A stretch of DNA of 42,273 bases. It comes from an uncultured Bacilli bacterium (GTDB lineage Bacteria > Bacillota_I > Bacilli_A > RF39 > UBA660). The position numbers were made by a program, and so were the translations under genes. The notes under the pieces were generated by a model that saw only the letters and a program-made list of their open reading frames with translations, was not told the DNA's origin and searched no databases. How positions within the stretch are numbered: position 1 is the stretch's first letter; each line of letters opens with the position of its first letter. Of the stretch, positions 15,502-23,260 are shown in pieces. Where the stretch lies: positions 1 to 42,273 of the forward strand of contig CANRLP010000002.1 in the NCBI GenBank assembly GCA_947631515.1. The letters are read 5' to 3'.

Positions 15502-16506
15502 ATGAATGTAATTGTATCAAATAAATATCAATCTTTATTAGCAACCTTAGATATTGATATTATAAAAAGTATCAATGGAGAATTTGAAGTAGAAGATTTA
15601 ATAAGTCAATTTACCAACTTTTACTTTAACAAAATGGTATTAGATATTACAGCTATCAAAAATTATCAAGATATTTCCACTTTACAAACTTTATCCGTAA
15701 ATATGGATGTAAGCAATATCATTTTATTATTGGATGACTCAGAAATAGTTAATTCTCCTCGTTACTTATCTGCTTTAGTTTCTATGGGAATTTATAATTT
15801 CACCCGCAATATAGATGCGATAAAATTTTTAATAAATAATCCTAACACCTATAAAGATGTTGCTCAATATCACCAATTAAATGCTGTTAATATGGTAAGT
15901 GATGATAATAATTCAAATTCAGGTACTATTAATAAATTAGGATTACGAGTAATAGGTATTAAAAATGTTACAGAACATTCTGGATCAACCACTTTAACTT
16001 ACTTACTAAAAAAACATTTAGAAAAAAAATACAGTTGTATAGCAGTTGAAGTAGATGAACATGATTTTATTTACTTAAATGATAAAGAACTAAAAGCAAC
16101 TTCCAGTTTAGATTTACCATCTTTTATTGCTACTCATAGTGATGCCGAAGTAATATTAGTTGACTTAAATGATCGTGGTAGTATCAGTAGTTGTACAGAA
16201 GTTATATATCTAATAGAGCCGGGATTAGTTAAATTAAATAAATTAATACGTAAAGACAAGAGAACATTTGAAAAATTAAAAGATAAAAAAATTGTATTAA
16301 ATCGGAGCGTATTAAGTGAAAAAGATATCAAAGATTTTGAATACGAATCTAGAAGCAAAGTATTTTTTAACATTCCTAATCTTGACGACAAAGTAGATCA
16401 ACACAAAATTATTTATGATTTTTTAATAAAATTGGGTTTTGTTAGATTTGAAGAAACTAGTGAAGAAACAAAAAGTAGTAAACTATTTAACATATTTAAG
16501 TCATAA
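15502..16506 (+). CDS. TadZ/CpaE-like protein (receiver-like N-domain + degenerate ParA/MinD-type domain)
   Basis: The N-terminal ~120 aa look like a pseudo-receiver (alternating beta/alpha pattern, MVLDITAI). Where CpaE/TadZ carry KGGxGxT, this protein has LRVIGIKNVTEHSGSTTLTYLL, a degenerate P-loop. The call rests on context and architecture. Confidence 0.45.
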   Translation: MNVIVSNKYQSLLATLDIDIIKSINGEFEVEDLISQFTNFYFNKMVLDITAIKNYQDISTLQTLSVNMDVSNIILLLDDSEIVNSPRYLSALVSMGIYNFTRNIDAIKFLINNPNTYKDVAQYHQLNAVNMVSDDNNSNSGTINKLGLRVIGIKNVTEHSGSTTLTYLLKKHLEKKYSCIAVEVDEHDFIYLNDKELKATSSLDLPSFIATHSDAEVILVDLNDRGSISSCTEVIYLIEPGLVKLNKLIRKDKRTFEKLKDKKIVLNRSVLSEKDIKDFEYESRSKVFFNIPNLDDKVDQHKIIYDFLIKLGFVRFEETSEETKSSKLFNIFKS

Positions 16507-16509
16507 AAC

Positions 16510-16538
16510 TTGACATTAGTGTAAATTAAATATACAAT
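16510..16538 (+). promoter_or_regulatory. Consensus-like sigma-A promoter heading the T4SS-like module
   Basis: TTGACA (16510-16515), 17-nt spacer, TACAAT (16533-16538). An 8-bp palindrome ACAATTGT (16534-16541) overlaps the -10. Confidence 0.6.
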
Positions 16539-16571
16539 TGTTATAGAAATTGAGAGAGAGGTTTATATAAA

Positions 16572-16943
16572 ATGAATTTATTTTTAACAGGAGCAATTGA
16601 TTTTTGTAAAGGAACTGCTAATATTTGGCAAATAGTTGGATATGTTTTATTAGTATTTAAAATTATTATTCCAATTCTTTTAATTGTATTTGGTATGCTT
16701 GATTTAGGAAAAGCAGTAACTGCTAGTAAACCAGATGAAATTAAAAAATCTGTAACTGGTTTAGCATATAGAGCAGTAGCAGGTGTGGTTATCTTTTTAA
16801 TTCCAACAATTGTAGGACTTATAATGGGATTTGTATCTGATTTTAGTACTTCTGGTGCTAAAGATGATTTTGAAATTTGTCGATCATGTATTACAAGACC
16901 AAATGGTGATTGTAGCGGATATGCTTCTGATGCATGGAAATAA
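16572..16943 (+). CDS. VirB2/TrbC-like two-TM hairpin protein, paralog 1 (123 aa)
   Basis: Two hydrophobic helices, IVGYVLLVFKIIIPILLIVFG and AVAGVVIFLIPTIVGLIMGF, joined by the polar loop MLDLGKAVTASKPDEIKK. Cys-containing tail (CRSC...C). Flanked by its own promoter and terminator. Confidence 0.55.
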   Translation: MNLFLTGAIDFCKGTANIWQIVGYVLLVFKIIIPILLIVFGMLDLGKAVTASKPDEIKKSVTGLAYRAVAGVVIFLIPTIVGLIMGFVSDFSTSGAKDDFEICRSCITRPNGDCSGYASDAWK

Positions 16944-16966
16944 AAGCAAGAAATTGCTTTTTTTTT
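16944..16966 (+). terminator. Rho-independent terminator/attenuator after VirB2-like gene 1
   Basis: AAGCAA (16944-16949), loop GAAA, TTGCTT (16954-16959), T tract to 16966. Confidence 0.6.
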
Positions 16967-16999
16967 GGCTCTATGTTATAGTAAAGATAGGTGAGAATC

Positions 17000-18118
17000 A
17001 TGAAACAAATCATAAATCTATCTAAAGAATTTTTAGGTAAATTTGATAAACAAAAACTATTTTTATTAGGAAGTATTATTGGAGTAATGGTTGTCATTAT
17101 TATTACAATATCAATTGTAGTTAAAATTGTTGGACTTCATATTTCTTACGAAGATTTAGAAGAAAAACTAGCTCGGGCAACTGAACAATATATGAATGAT
17201 TATCCAAATAATTTGCCTACGGAAAGTAATCCAACAGTTGTAGTTACTACTTCAACTTTAGTAGAAAATAAATATATTAAAGAAATAACTAAATATGTAA
17301 AAGATAATTCTTGTACTGCTAATATTAATGTTTATTACAATAATGGAAAATATAAATATCAACCATTTGTAATATGCAATGATTTTAAAACTGAACTATT
17401 TATAGATCGCTTAAAAACGGATAATGTAATCTCAGCTTTCGGTGAAGGATTATATGAATTAAATGGGGAACAAGTATATCGTGGTCAAAATCCTAATAAT
17501 TTTATGATGTTTGCCGATGAATTATGGCGGATTGTTAAAATTAATGCTAATGGTCAATTTATCATAATCAAAAATGATTTAGAATCCAAAAATTATGGTA
17601 ATTGGGATAATCGTTATAACACAGAAGCTCAAACTCAAAAAGGTAATAACACTTTTGCTTTAAGTCGAGCTCTAATAGCTATAACAGAAATTTATAGAGA
17701 AAAATATTTAGATTATGAAAAATATTTAAATACTTTTGAAGTTTGTGCTGGAAAAAGAGATAGTGGATCTTTTGATAAAAGTGGTGCAATAGAATGTAGT
17801 ACTAAATTAAGTAATCAATTTATTTCTTTATTACCATTATACGATTATATGAATGCTAGTTTAGATAATTCATGCGTAAATGCTAGTAGTAGAGAATGCC
17901 AAAATTATAATTATTTAGTCAATAAAAAAGATAAATGGTGGACAGTAACGGGAGATGCTAAAAATTCTTACAATGTATATTATATAAATACTTCTGGTCA
18001 AATTAATTCAGAAGAAGCAGCTATTAGTGCTAATTACCGGTATATTTTAGCATTAGATAAAAACGTATTGTATAAAGAAGGAACGGGTACAGAAGAAGAC
18101 CCATATATAATTCGTTAG
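17000..18118 (+). CDS. Bitopic exported protein (372 aa), T4SS-associated (VirB8/adhesin candidate)
   Basis: The ATG at 17000 lies 6 nt after AGGTGA; the track GTG at 16991 is inside the RBS. N-terminal TM LFLLGSIIGVMVVIIITISIVV, 6 Cys in the ectodomain, internal ELWRIVKINANGQFIIIKND and C-terminal KWWTVTGDAKNS... motifs, ending GTGTEEDPYIIR. Confidence 0.55.
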   Translation: MKQIINLSKEFLGKFDKQKLFLLGSIIGVMVVIIITISIVVKIVGLHISYEDLEEKLARATEQYMNDYPNNLPTESNPTVVVTTSTLVENKYIKEITKYVKDNSCTANINVYYNNGKYKYQPFVICNDFKTELFIDRLKTDNVISAFGEGLYELNGEQVYRGQNPNNFMMFADELWRIVKINANGQFIIIKNDLESKNYGNWDNRYNTEAQTQKGNNTFALSRALIAITEIYREKYLDYEKYLNTFEVCAGKRDSGSFDKSGAIECSTKLSNQFISLLPLYDYMNASLDNSCVNASSRECQNYNYLVNKKDKWWTVTGDAKNSYNVYYINTSGQINSEEAAISANYRYILALDKNVLYKEGTGTEEDPYIIR

Positions 18119-18150
18119 ATATTTTTAAAAACATCCAAATAGCAGATAAA

Positions 18151-18179
18151 TTTACAAACTATTTTTAACATGCTATAAT
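18151..18179 (+). promoter_or_regulatory. Sigma-A-type promoter with extended -10 ahead of VirB2-like gene 2
   Basis: TTTACA (18151-18156), 17-nt spacer, TGc-TATAAT (18171-18179). Confidence 0.5.
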
Positions 18180-18205
18180 GACTATAGAAAAATTAGGTGA
18201 GTAAT

Positions 18206-18559
18206 ATGGAAGACATTTTTTTAACTCTTTTGTCATCATCAAGTTTATGTAGCGAAAGTGGAGTATTAAAATCATTTCGTTTTATTGGCTATATTTTATT
18301 TATAATCAAAATTCTTATTCCTGTAATTTTAATTATTATGGGATCTATAAATTTTGGTAAGGCCGTTCTTGATTCAAATAATGATAGTGTAAAAAAAGCA
18401 GGAATTACTTTTGCTACACAAATAGTTTCGGCAGTGGTAATTTTTCTTATACCAACCATTGTTAATTTTGTATTTGGCTTGCTTCCACAAGAAAATGTAA
18501 GCTATGAAAATTGTGCTACTTGTTTATTTGATCCAACAAATTGTAAAATAAATGATTAG
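18206..18559 (+). CDS. VirB2/TrbC-like two-TM hairpin protein, paralog 2 (117 aa)
   Basis: The ATG at 18206 lies 5 nt after AGGTGA. Shares with paralog 1 the pattern IGYILFIIKILIPVILIIMGSINFGKAV...KK...AVVIFLIPTIVNFVFG. Cys tail CATCLFDPTNC. Confidence 0.55.
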   Translation: MEDIFLTLLSSSSLCSESGVLKSFRFIGYILFIIKILIPVILIIMGSINFGKAVLDSNNDSVKKAGITFATQIVSAVVIFLIPTIVNFVFGLLPQENVSYENCATCLFDPTNCKIND

Positions 18560-18586
18560 AAAGTATTATATTTTTAATACTTTTTT
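18560..18586 (+). terminator. AT-rich hairpin terminator after VirB2-like gene 2
   Basis: AAAGTATTA (18560-18568), 6-nt loop, TAATACTTT (18575-18583), T tract to 18586. The stem is all A/T apart from one G-C pair, so it is weak. Confidence 0.4.
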
Positions 18587-18603
18587 ATTTGCACATTTAA
18601 TAC

Positions 18604-18632
18604 TAGTATTGTTTAGAAAATGTTGGTATAAT
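18604..18632 (+). promoter_or_regulatory. Extended -10 promoter ahead of the 391-aa VirB2-domain fusion gene
   Basis: TGg-TATAAT (18624-18632). The -35 position reads TAGTAT, which is weak. Confidence 0.4.
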
Positions 18633-18666
18633 TATAAAGAGTAAGTGAAAAAAGTAGGGATATGTC

Positions 18667-19842
18667 ATGAAGAAAATTTGTCAAGTTATAATACTTTTTA
18701 TGGGAATGCTTTTTGGCATTTCTATTGTTAATGCTAAAAATACTTTGATGACATGTGAATATTATAAAGCTGAAGATCAATTAGAAGGTTCTCCCCAAGC
18801 TGGTATTCTCTGTAATATTTTTACAGATTATTCTCATCAATGCTATGTTGAAGTAGGGGCTGCTAAAGCTACTACTAGTTCAAATAAAGAAAAAATTCAA
18901 AACTGGAATTCAGCAGTAGGATTGTCATGGAAAGCTAAAGATTATGTTCAACAAAGTAATCAATGTCCGGAATATTTAGTTGTTCGTTTAAAAAATGGTG
19001 CTTGGTTTAATGCGGGTGGTTATGAATTACATGCTGCGGCATCTCAACAAGAAGCCTTAGATTTAAGCCTTAAATTAAGTGATCAAAGATATTTAGCTCA
19101 TAAAATTGGTGATGCTAGTGCTGCTGAAACTGCCAAAGCTGTTGCCGATGTTCAAAGTTTTATAGATAATATGAATGATACTAAAAATAATTATTCTTTA
19201 AATTCTTGTAAAAATGATAATGTTATTTCAACTCGATTACAAAAATGTAATGATATAATATCTGCTTTAGAAAGTCGGATGGCTAGTTATGATACTAACG
19301 TAACTAATATGATTAATGCCGGTTATTTAAATGAAGATGATGATATTATAAAATCATATCGAGAAACAGTTGAAAATACGGAAAATTTTATTAATCAAGC
19401 CGAATCAGAATTAAGTGTTGAAGAAGAAAAAATTAAACAAGAAATGGGTTTGGCTGATGAAGATATAGTTGCAAATCCTAATAATATGAGTTGCCGTGTG
19501 ATAGATAATAAATATTATGATATTAATGGTAATGAAGTTACTAAAGAAGAATATGCAACTTCTTGTAATGCTGATTGTGGTATTTTTAGTGGTCGATTAG
19601 GGGATTTTTTAAAAACAATTTTATCTTTTATTCGCTTTGCTGTACCTATAATCATTATAGGGTTAGGAATTATGGATTTTTTAAAAGCTACTGCTTCACA
19701 AGATAACAATGAAATCAAAAAAGCGGCAACTAAATTAGTAAAAAGAATGGTAATTGGTATAATAATATTTGTTTTACCAACATTAATTGAATTAATACTT
19801 CGCTTAGCGGATATTAAATATGGTACTTGTGGTATTAGATAG
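18667..19842 (+). CDS. Exported coiled-coil protein with C-terminal VirB2-like hairpin domain, paralog 3 (391 aa)
   Basis: Signal peptide MKKICQVIILFMGMLFGISIVNA/KN. A ~300-aa Cys-containing/helical ectodomain. The C-terminal LKTILSFIRFAVPIIIIGLGIMDFLKATASQDNNEIKKAATKLVKRMVIGIIIFVLPTLIELIL matches the hairpin of paralogs 1 and 2. Confidence 0.6.
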   Translation: MKKICQVIILFMGMLFGISIVNAKNTLMTCEYYKAEDQLEGSPQAGILCNIFTDYSHQCYVEVGAAKATTSSNKEKIQNWNSAVGLSWKAKDYVQQSNQCPEYLVVRLKNGAWFNAGGYELHAAASQQEALDLSLKLSDQRYLAHKIGDASAAETAKAVADVQSFIDNMNDTKNNYSLNSCKNDNVISTRLQKCNDIISALESRMASYDTNVTNMINAGYLNEDDDIIKSYRETVENTENFINQAESELSVEEEKIKQEMGLADEDIVANPNNMSCRVIDNKYYDINGNEVTKEEYATSCNADCGIFSGRLGDFLKTILSFIRFAVPIIIIGLGIMDFLKATASQDNNEIKKAATKLVKRMVIGIIIFVLPTLIELILRLADIKYGTCGIR

Positions 19843-19857
19843 AAAGGAGGCATCTAA

Positions 19858-21813
19858 ATGAAATGGTTAGCTAATGGTTTAATAGGAATTTTACTATATC
19901 TAGATGGAATAGTTTATTGGTTGATTAGCCTTCTATTTGATTTATATGAAAAATTAGCTGGAGCCGATATTTTTGCTAATAGTGGATTATACGAAGAAGT
20001 TTCTCAAAGATTTTTAGTAGTCATTGGCGTTTTTATGCTTTTTTACTTAGCTTATTCACTATTAAGAGCTTTAGTTAACCCTGATGAATTATCTAAAAAT
20101 ACTAGTAAAATAGTTATTAACATTGCTGTCTCGCTAATTTTATTAAATGTGGTTCCGGTAATATTTAACTATGCTTTTGAACTTCAAAATATTATAATTG
20201 AGGACAAAGTTATTAGTAAATTTGTTTTTGGCAATGGCGATACAACTATTGCTAGTGTCGGAAAAAGTACAGCTTTAACTTTTTTTGATGCTTTTATTGA
20301 AGTTAAAGGTACTCCGGAAATAAAGGGAGATCGTACTTACACCTGGGATACTTTAAAAATATGTATTGATGATAATACTTCACCCGGTTGTGTCGGAAAT
20401 GAAAGTTTTCGAAGTTTACATTTGTTATCTGATGCAGTTGTTGCTGGAGACATTGAGTACACATGGTTAATTAGTACTTTATGTGGTGCATTTTTAGTAT
20501 ATGTTATTGCTTCCTTTTGTATTGATTTAGGTATACGAGTTGTTAAACTGGGCTTTTATCAAATTATTTCCCCAATACCGATATTATTGCGAATAATTCC
20601 AGAGAAAAAAAGCGTTTTTGATAACTGGGTAAAAGCTACTTTGGCTACTTATTTAGAAGTATTTATTCGCTTATTTATAATGTATTTAATCACTTTTATA
20701 GCATCTAAGATTTTAGATTTAGATTTTTCAGGACTAGGTATATTTGGTAAAATTATTGTTTTAATGGGTATTTTTGCCTTTGGTCGTCAAGCCCCTAAAT
20801 TAGTAGGTGAAGTTATTGGTGTAAATTCTGGTAATATTAAACTTGGTATTCGTGATAAATTAACAACTGGAGGTGCTTTCGCTGCTGGAGCTGTACTTGG
20901 TGGAGCGGGAACAACAATTGCAAGAAATTTAACACATGGTTATAATAATTTTAAGCAAGCTGAAGGTGGATGGAATAAATTCAAAGCCTTTGGTAGAACT
21001 GTAGGAAGTACTTTGACTGGCGCTGCTAGTGGAGCAATAAGAAGTGGTTATCAAGCGAGAAATGCTAAAAACTTTACTGATATGCGTAATGCTACTAATA
21101 AAGGAATTCAAACAACTATAGATAATCGAAACAAAGGAGAGTCATATAGAGCTAGTCATGCGACTACGGGAGTCATGAGAGGTCATGCTACAGATTTCGC
21201 AAGGTCTGTTGGTGAATGGGCTGGTGTAACTGCTGGTGAAGAAGGATTAAAGAAGCAATTGGATATTTATACTAAAGGAGCAGATTTCAAAAAGCAATTA
21301 GAAGATTTAGCTTTAAAGAAAAGTACAAAAGCCAAATTATATGATCAACAAATAGATGCTTTAAATAAAGAAGCTATAGATCCTAATAGTTTTAAAGATG
21401 CCAATGGTGTATTAGATAATGCTTCTTATAGTGCTGCTATATCTGCTAGAGCTAGTCAAATCGATCAATTAAGAAGAGCTAAGAATTTTGAGGTTATGAA
21501 AGTTGTTAGTGAAAAACTAAATAATATAGATGATGCTAAAAATATTGAATTTAAACAAATTGTTAATTCTTTTGAAACTTATAAAAAACAAAATGCTAAC
21601 TTAGCCGGAATAAATGATTTACAAGATCTAACAACTACAAATTGGAATTCATCTTGGGATAATATAGATGCTATGAGTTTAACAAAGAATGATTTTGATA
21701 AAATTAAAAATCAAGTATCATATACATCTAATCATGAAACATTAAATGCCAAGAAGAATGAGACTGCTGCTAAATATGCTGAGCATATTCAAAAGACGCA
21801 AGAAAAGAAGTAG
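19858..21813 (+). CDS. VirB6/TrbL-like polytopic T4SS channel protein (651 aa)
   Basis: GGAGG RBS. The N-terminal ~330 aa carry multiple TM helices, followed by Gly/Ala-rich segments (TTGGAFAAGAVLGGAGTT) and a long hydrophilic coiled-coil tail. Size, topology and position upstream of VirB3/VirB4 fit Gram-positive VirB6 analogues. Confidence 0.55.
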   Translation: MKWLANGLIGILLYLDGIVYWLISLLFDLYEKLAGADIFANSGLYEEVSQRFLVVIGVFMLFYLAYSLLRALVNPDELSKNTSKIVINIAVSLILLNVVPVIFNYAFELQNIIIEDKVISKFVFGNGDTTIASVGKSTALTFFDAFIEVKGTPEIKGDRTYTWDTLKICIDDNTSPGCVGNESFRSLHLLSDAVVAGDIEYTWLISTLCGAFLVYVIASFCIDLGIRVVKLGFYQIISPIPILLRIIPEKKSVFDNWVKATLATYLEVFIRLFIMYLITFIASKILDLDFSGLGIFGKIIVLMGIFAFGRQAPKLVGEVIGVNSGNIKLGIRDKLTTGGAFAAGAVLGGAGTTIARNLTHGYNNFKQAEGGWNKFKAFGRTVGSTLTGAASGAIRSGYQARNAKNFTDMRNATNKGIQTTIDNRNKGESYRASHATTGVMRGHATDFARSVGEWAGVTAGEEGLKKQLDIYTKGADFKKQLEDLALKKSTKAKLYDQQIDALNKEAIDPNSFKDANGVLDNASYSAAISARASQIDQLRRAKNFEVMKVVSEKLNNIDDAKNIEFKQIVNSFETYKKQNANLAGINDLQDLTTTNWNSSWDNIDAMSLTKNDFDKIKNQVSYTSNHETLNAKKNETAAKYAEHIQKTQEKK

Positions 21814-22380
21814 GTGAATGAAGTGAGTTTTTTAGACATACTGAGAGACTGGCCTACTGGGAATTATCATGATTATACAATGGAAAATGATATTTATGAT
21901 CAGCTACTAAATTTAATCGATCAATTAGAGGAAAAATTGGAGATAATTGCTTTAAAAGGAACATTGAGTGATGCTTGGGCCACATTTGAATATTCAGATA
22001 CAATATATACCTTAATATTACTTAAAAGTTTGATTGAGTTAAGAATAAAACAAAATATAAGAAAAATAAATAAATCTATGTTAGTTGAATTAGAACATTT
22101 ACAAAACTTTTATAAAAAAATGGAAGAAATCGTAAAAAATAATATTATTAAAGTTTGTTCTTATGAAGAAGGCATGGAAGAAGTTTATTGGAATTTAATG
22201 GAAATAAAAAAATTACTTTTAAATAGTGCTAGTCTAAAAGCAATAAGAAGTCTAAATTTTGATTATCAAAATTTAGATTTAACTTATAATCAAATTCAGC
22301 AATTAAAACAAAGTATAACAATAAGGAAATGTGAAATTGTTCCATATATAGAAGATATGAATTATCAAAAAAAGAAATAA
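21814..22380 (+). CDS. Hypothetical cytoplasmic helical protein (about 185-188 aa)
   Basis: Begins immediately after the upstream TAG. The start is GTG 21814 or, more likely, in-frame GTG 21823, 5 nt after AGGTGA. No TM segment and no recognised motif. Confidence 0.45.
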   Translation: MNEVSFLDILRDWPTGNYHDYTMENDIYDQLLNLIDQLEEKLEIIALKGTLSDAWATFEYSDTIYTLILLKSLIELRIKQNIRKINKSMLVELEHLQNFYKKMEEIVKNNIIKVCSYEEGMEEVYWNLMEIKKLLLNSASLKAIRSLNFDYQNLDLTYNQIQQLKQSITIRKCEIVPYIEDMNYQKKK

Positions 22381-22395
22381 AAAGGAGAATAAGAA

Positions 22396-22707
22396 ATGAA
22401 TCATAATTACTTAATACCAGCCAATTCTAAAAAATCTATGTTGATACTAGGCTTTTTTACCCCTGTAGATTTAGCAATATTTGGAACGGGTTGTGCCTTT
22501 ACTTTAATAATGCTACTAGTTTTTAACTCGAAAGTAGGTTTAGGATCCGTCATGTTATTACTTGCTCCTGCTTTGATTGCTACATTCTTAGTAATGCCAG
22601 TCCCAAATTATCACAATATATTACAATTAATAACTAACATTTTTACATTTTTACTTGGAAGAAAAAGGTATTATTGGAAAGGCTGGTGTGTAAAAGATGA
22701 AAAATAA
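22396..22707 (+). CDS. PrgI/VirB3-like small membrane protein (103 aa)
   Basis: AAGGAG RBS. Two TM helices (MLILGFFTPVDLAIFGTGCAFTLIMLLVF; SVMLLLAPALIATFLVMPV). Lies immediately upstream of, and overlaps by 11 nt, the VirB4 N-domain gene, as PrgI-family genes do in Firmicute T4SSs. Confidence 0.6.
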   Translation: MNHNYLIPANSKKSMLILGFFTPVDLAIFGTGCAFTLIMLLVFNSKVGLGSVMLLLAPALIATFLVMPVPNYHNILQLITNIFTFLLGRKRYYWKGWCVKDEK

Positions 22708-23260
22708 TGAATCAAGTGTTTCAAGCAAATATACAGAAGATTGGATGCCAATAAAACAAATTTTAAATGGTATGATTCAACTTGATAATGGGGAATTTGT
22801 TACAGGTGTTAAAGTAACACCTCGGAACATATTTATCTTAGATCAAGGTACTCAAGATAATGTAATTTATAATCTACGTAATTTTTATAATACAATTGAT
22901 TATGAATTTTGGTTGATAGTTGCAGATCGACCTGTTGATATAAATATTTATTTATCCCAATTACAGGTTTTATATAATAATGCAACGACAGGAACAATGC
23001 GTAAATTAATAATGCAAGATATAAATAAAGCTAATATGTTTATGAGTGCTGAATACAATGTAGTCGATACTGAATATTTTATTATATTCAAAGAAAAGAA
23101 AATGGAAATTATTCAAAAAAGATTACATAATCTAATTGCTAATCTTTCTACTTGTGGATTAATTTCTACTCAAGTATCGAATAATGACTTGCGAATGTTA
23201 ATTGACAATTTCTTAAATGGGGGAAAACCATCAACATTAGGAACGGTGATGCCAGAATGA
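22697..23260 (+). CDS. VirB4 N-terminal domain encoded as a separate 187-aa protein
   Basis: EDWMPIKQILNGMIQLDNGEFVTGVKVTPRNIFILDQGTQDNVIYNLRNFYNTIDYEFWLIV... follows the pattern I recall for the first ~190 aa of single-chain Firmicute VirB4 ATPases. Its stop overlaps the next start (ATGA). Confidence 0.55.
   Translation: MKNNESSVSSKYTEDWMPIKQILNGMIQLDNGEFVTGVKVTPRNIFILDQGTQDNVIYNLRNFYNTIDYEFWLIVADRPVDINIYLSQLQVLYNNATTGTMRKLIMQDINKANMFMSAEYNVVDTEYFIIFKEKKMEIIQKRLHNLIANLSTCGLISTQVSNNDLRMLIDNFLNGGKPSTLGTVMPE

Larger units (their letters stand above)
6057..16506 (+). other. Module A: Tad/Flp-like (type IVc) pilus gene cluster (12 genes)
   Basis: Co-directional genes with overlapping or very short intergenic gaps. 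Contents: CpaB-like protein, TadA-like ATPase, TadB/C-like proteins, 2 pilins, 3 minor-pilin-like proteins, TadZ-like protein and 2 exported Cys-rich proteins. Confidence 0.65.
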
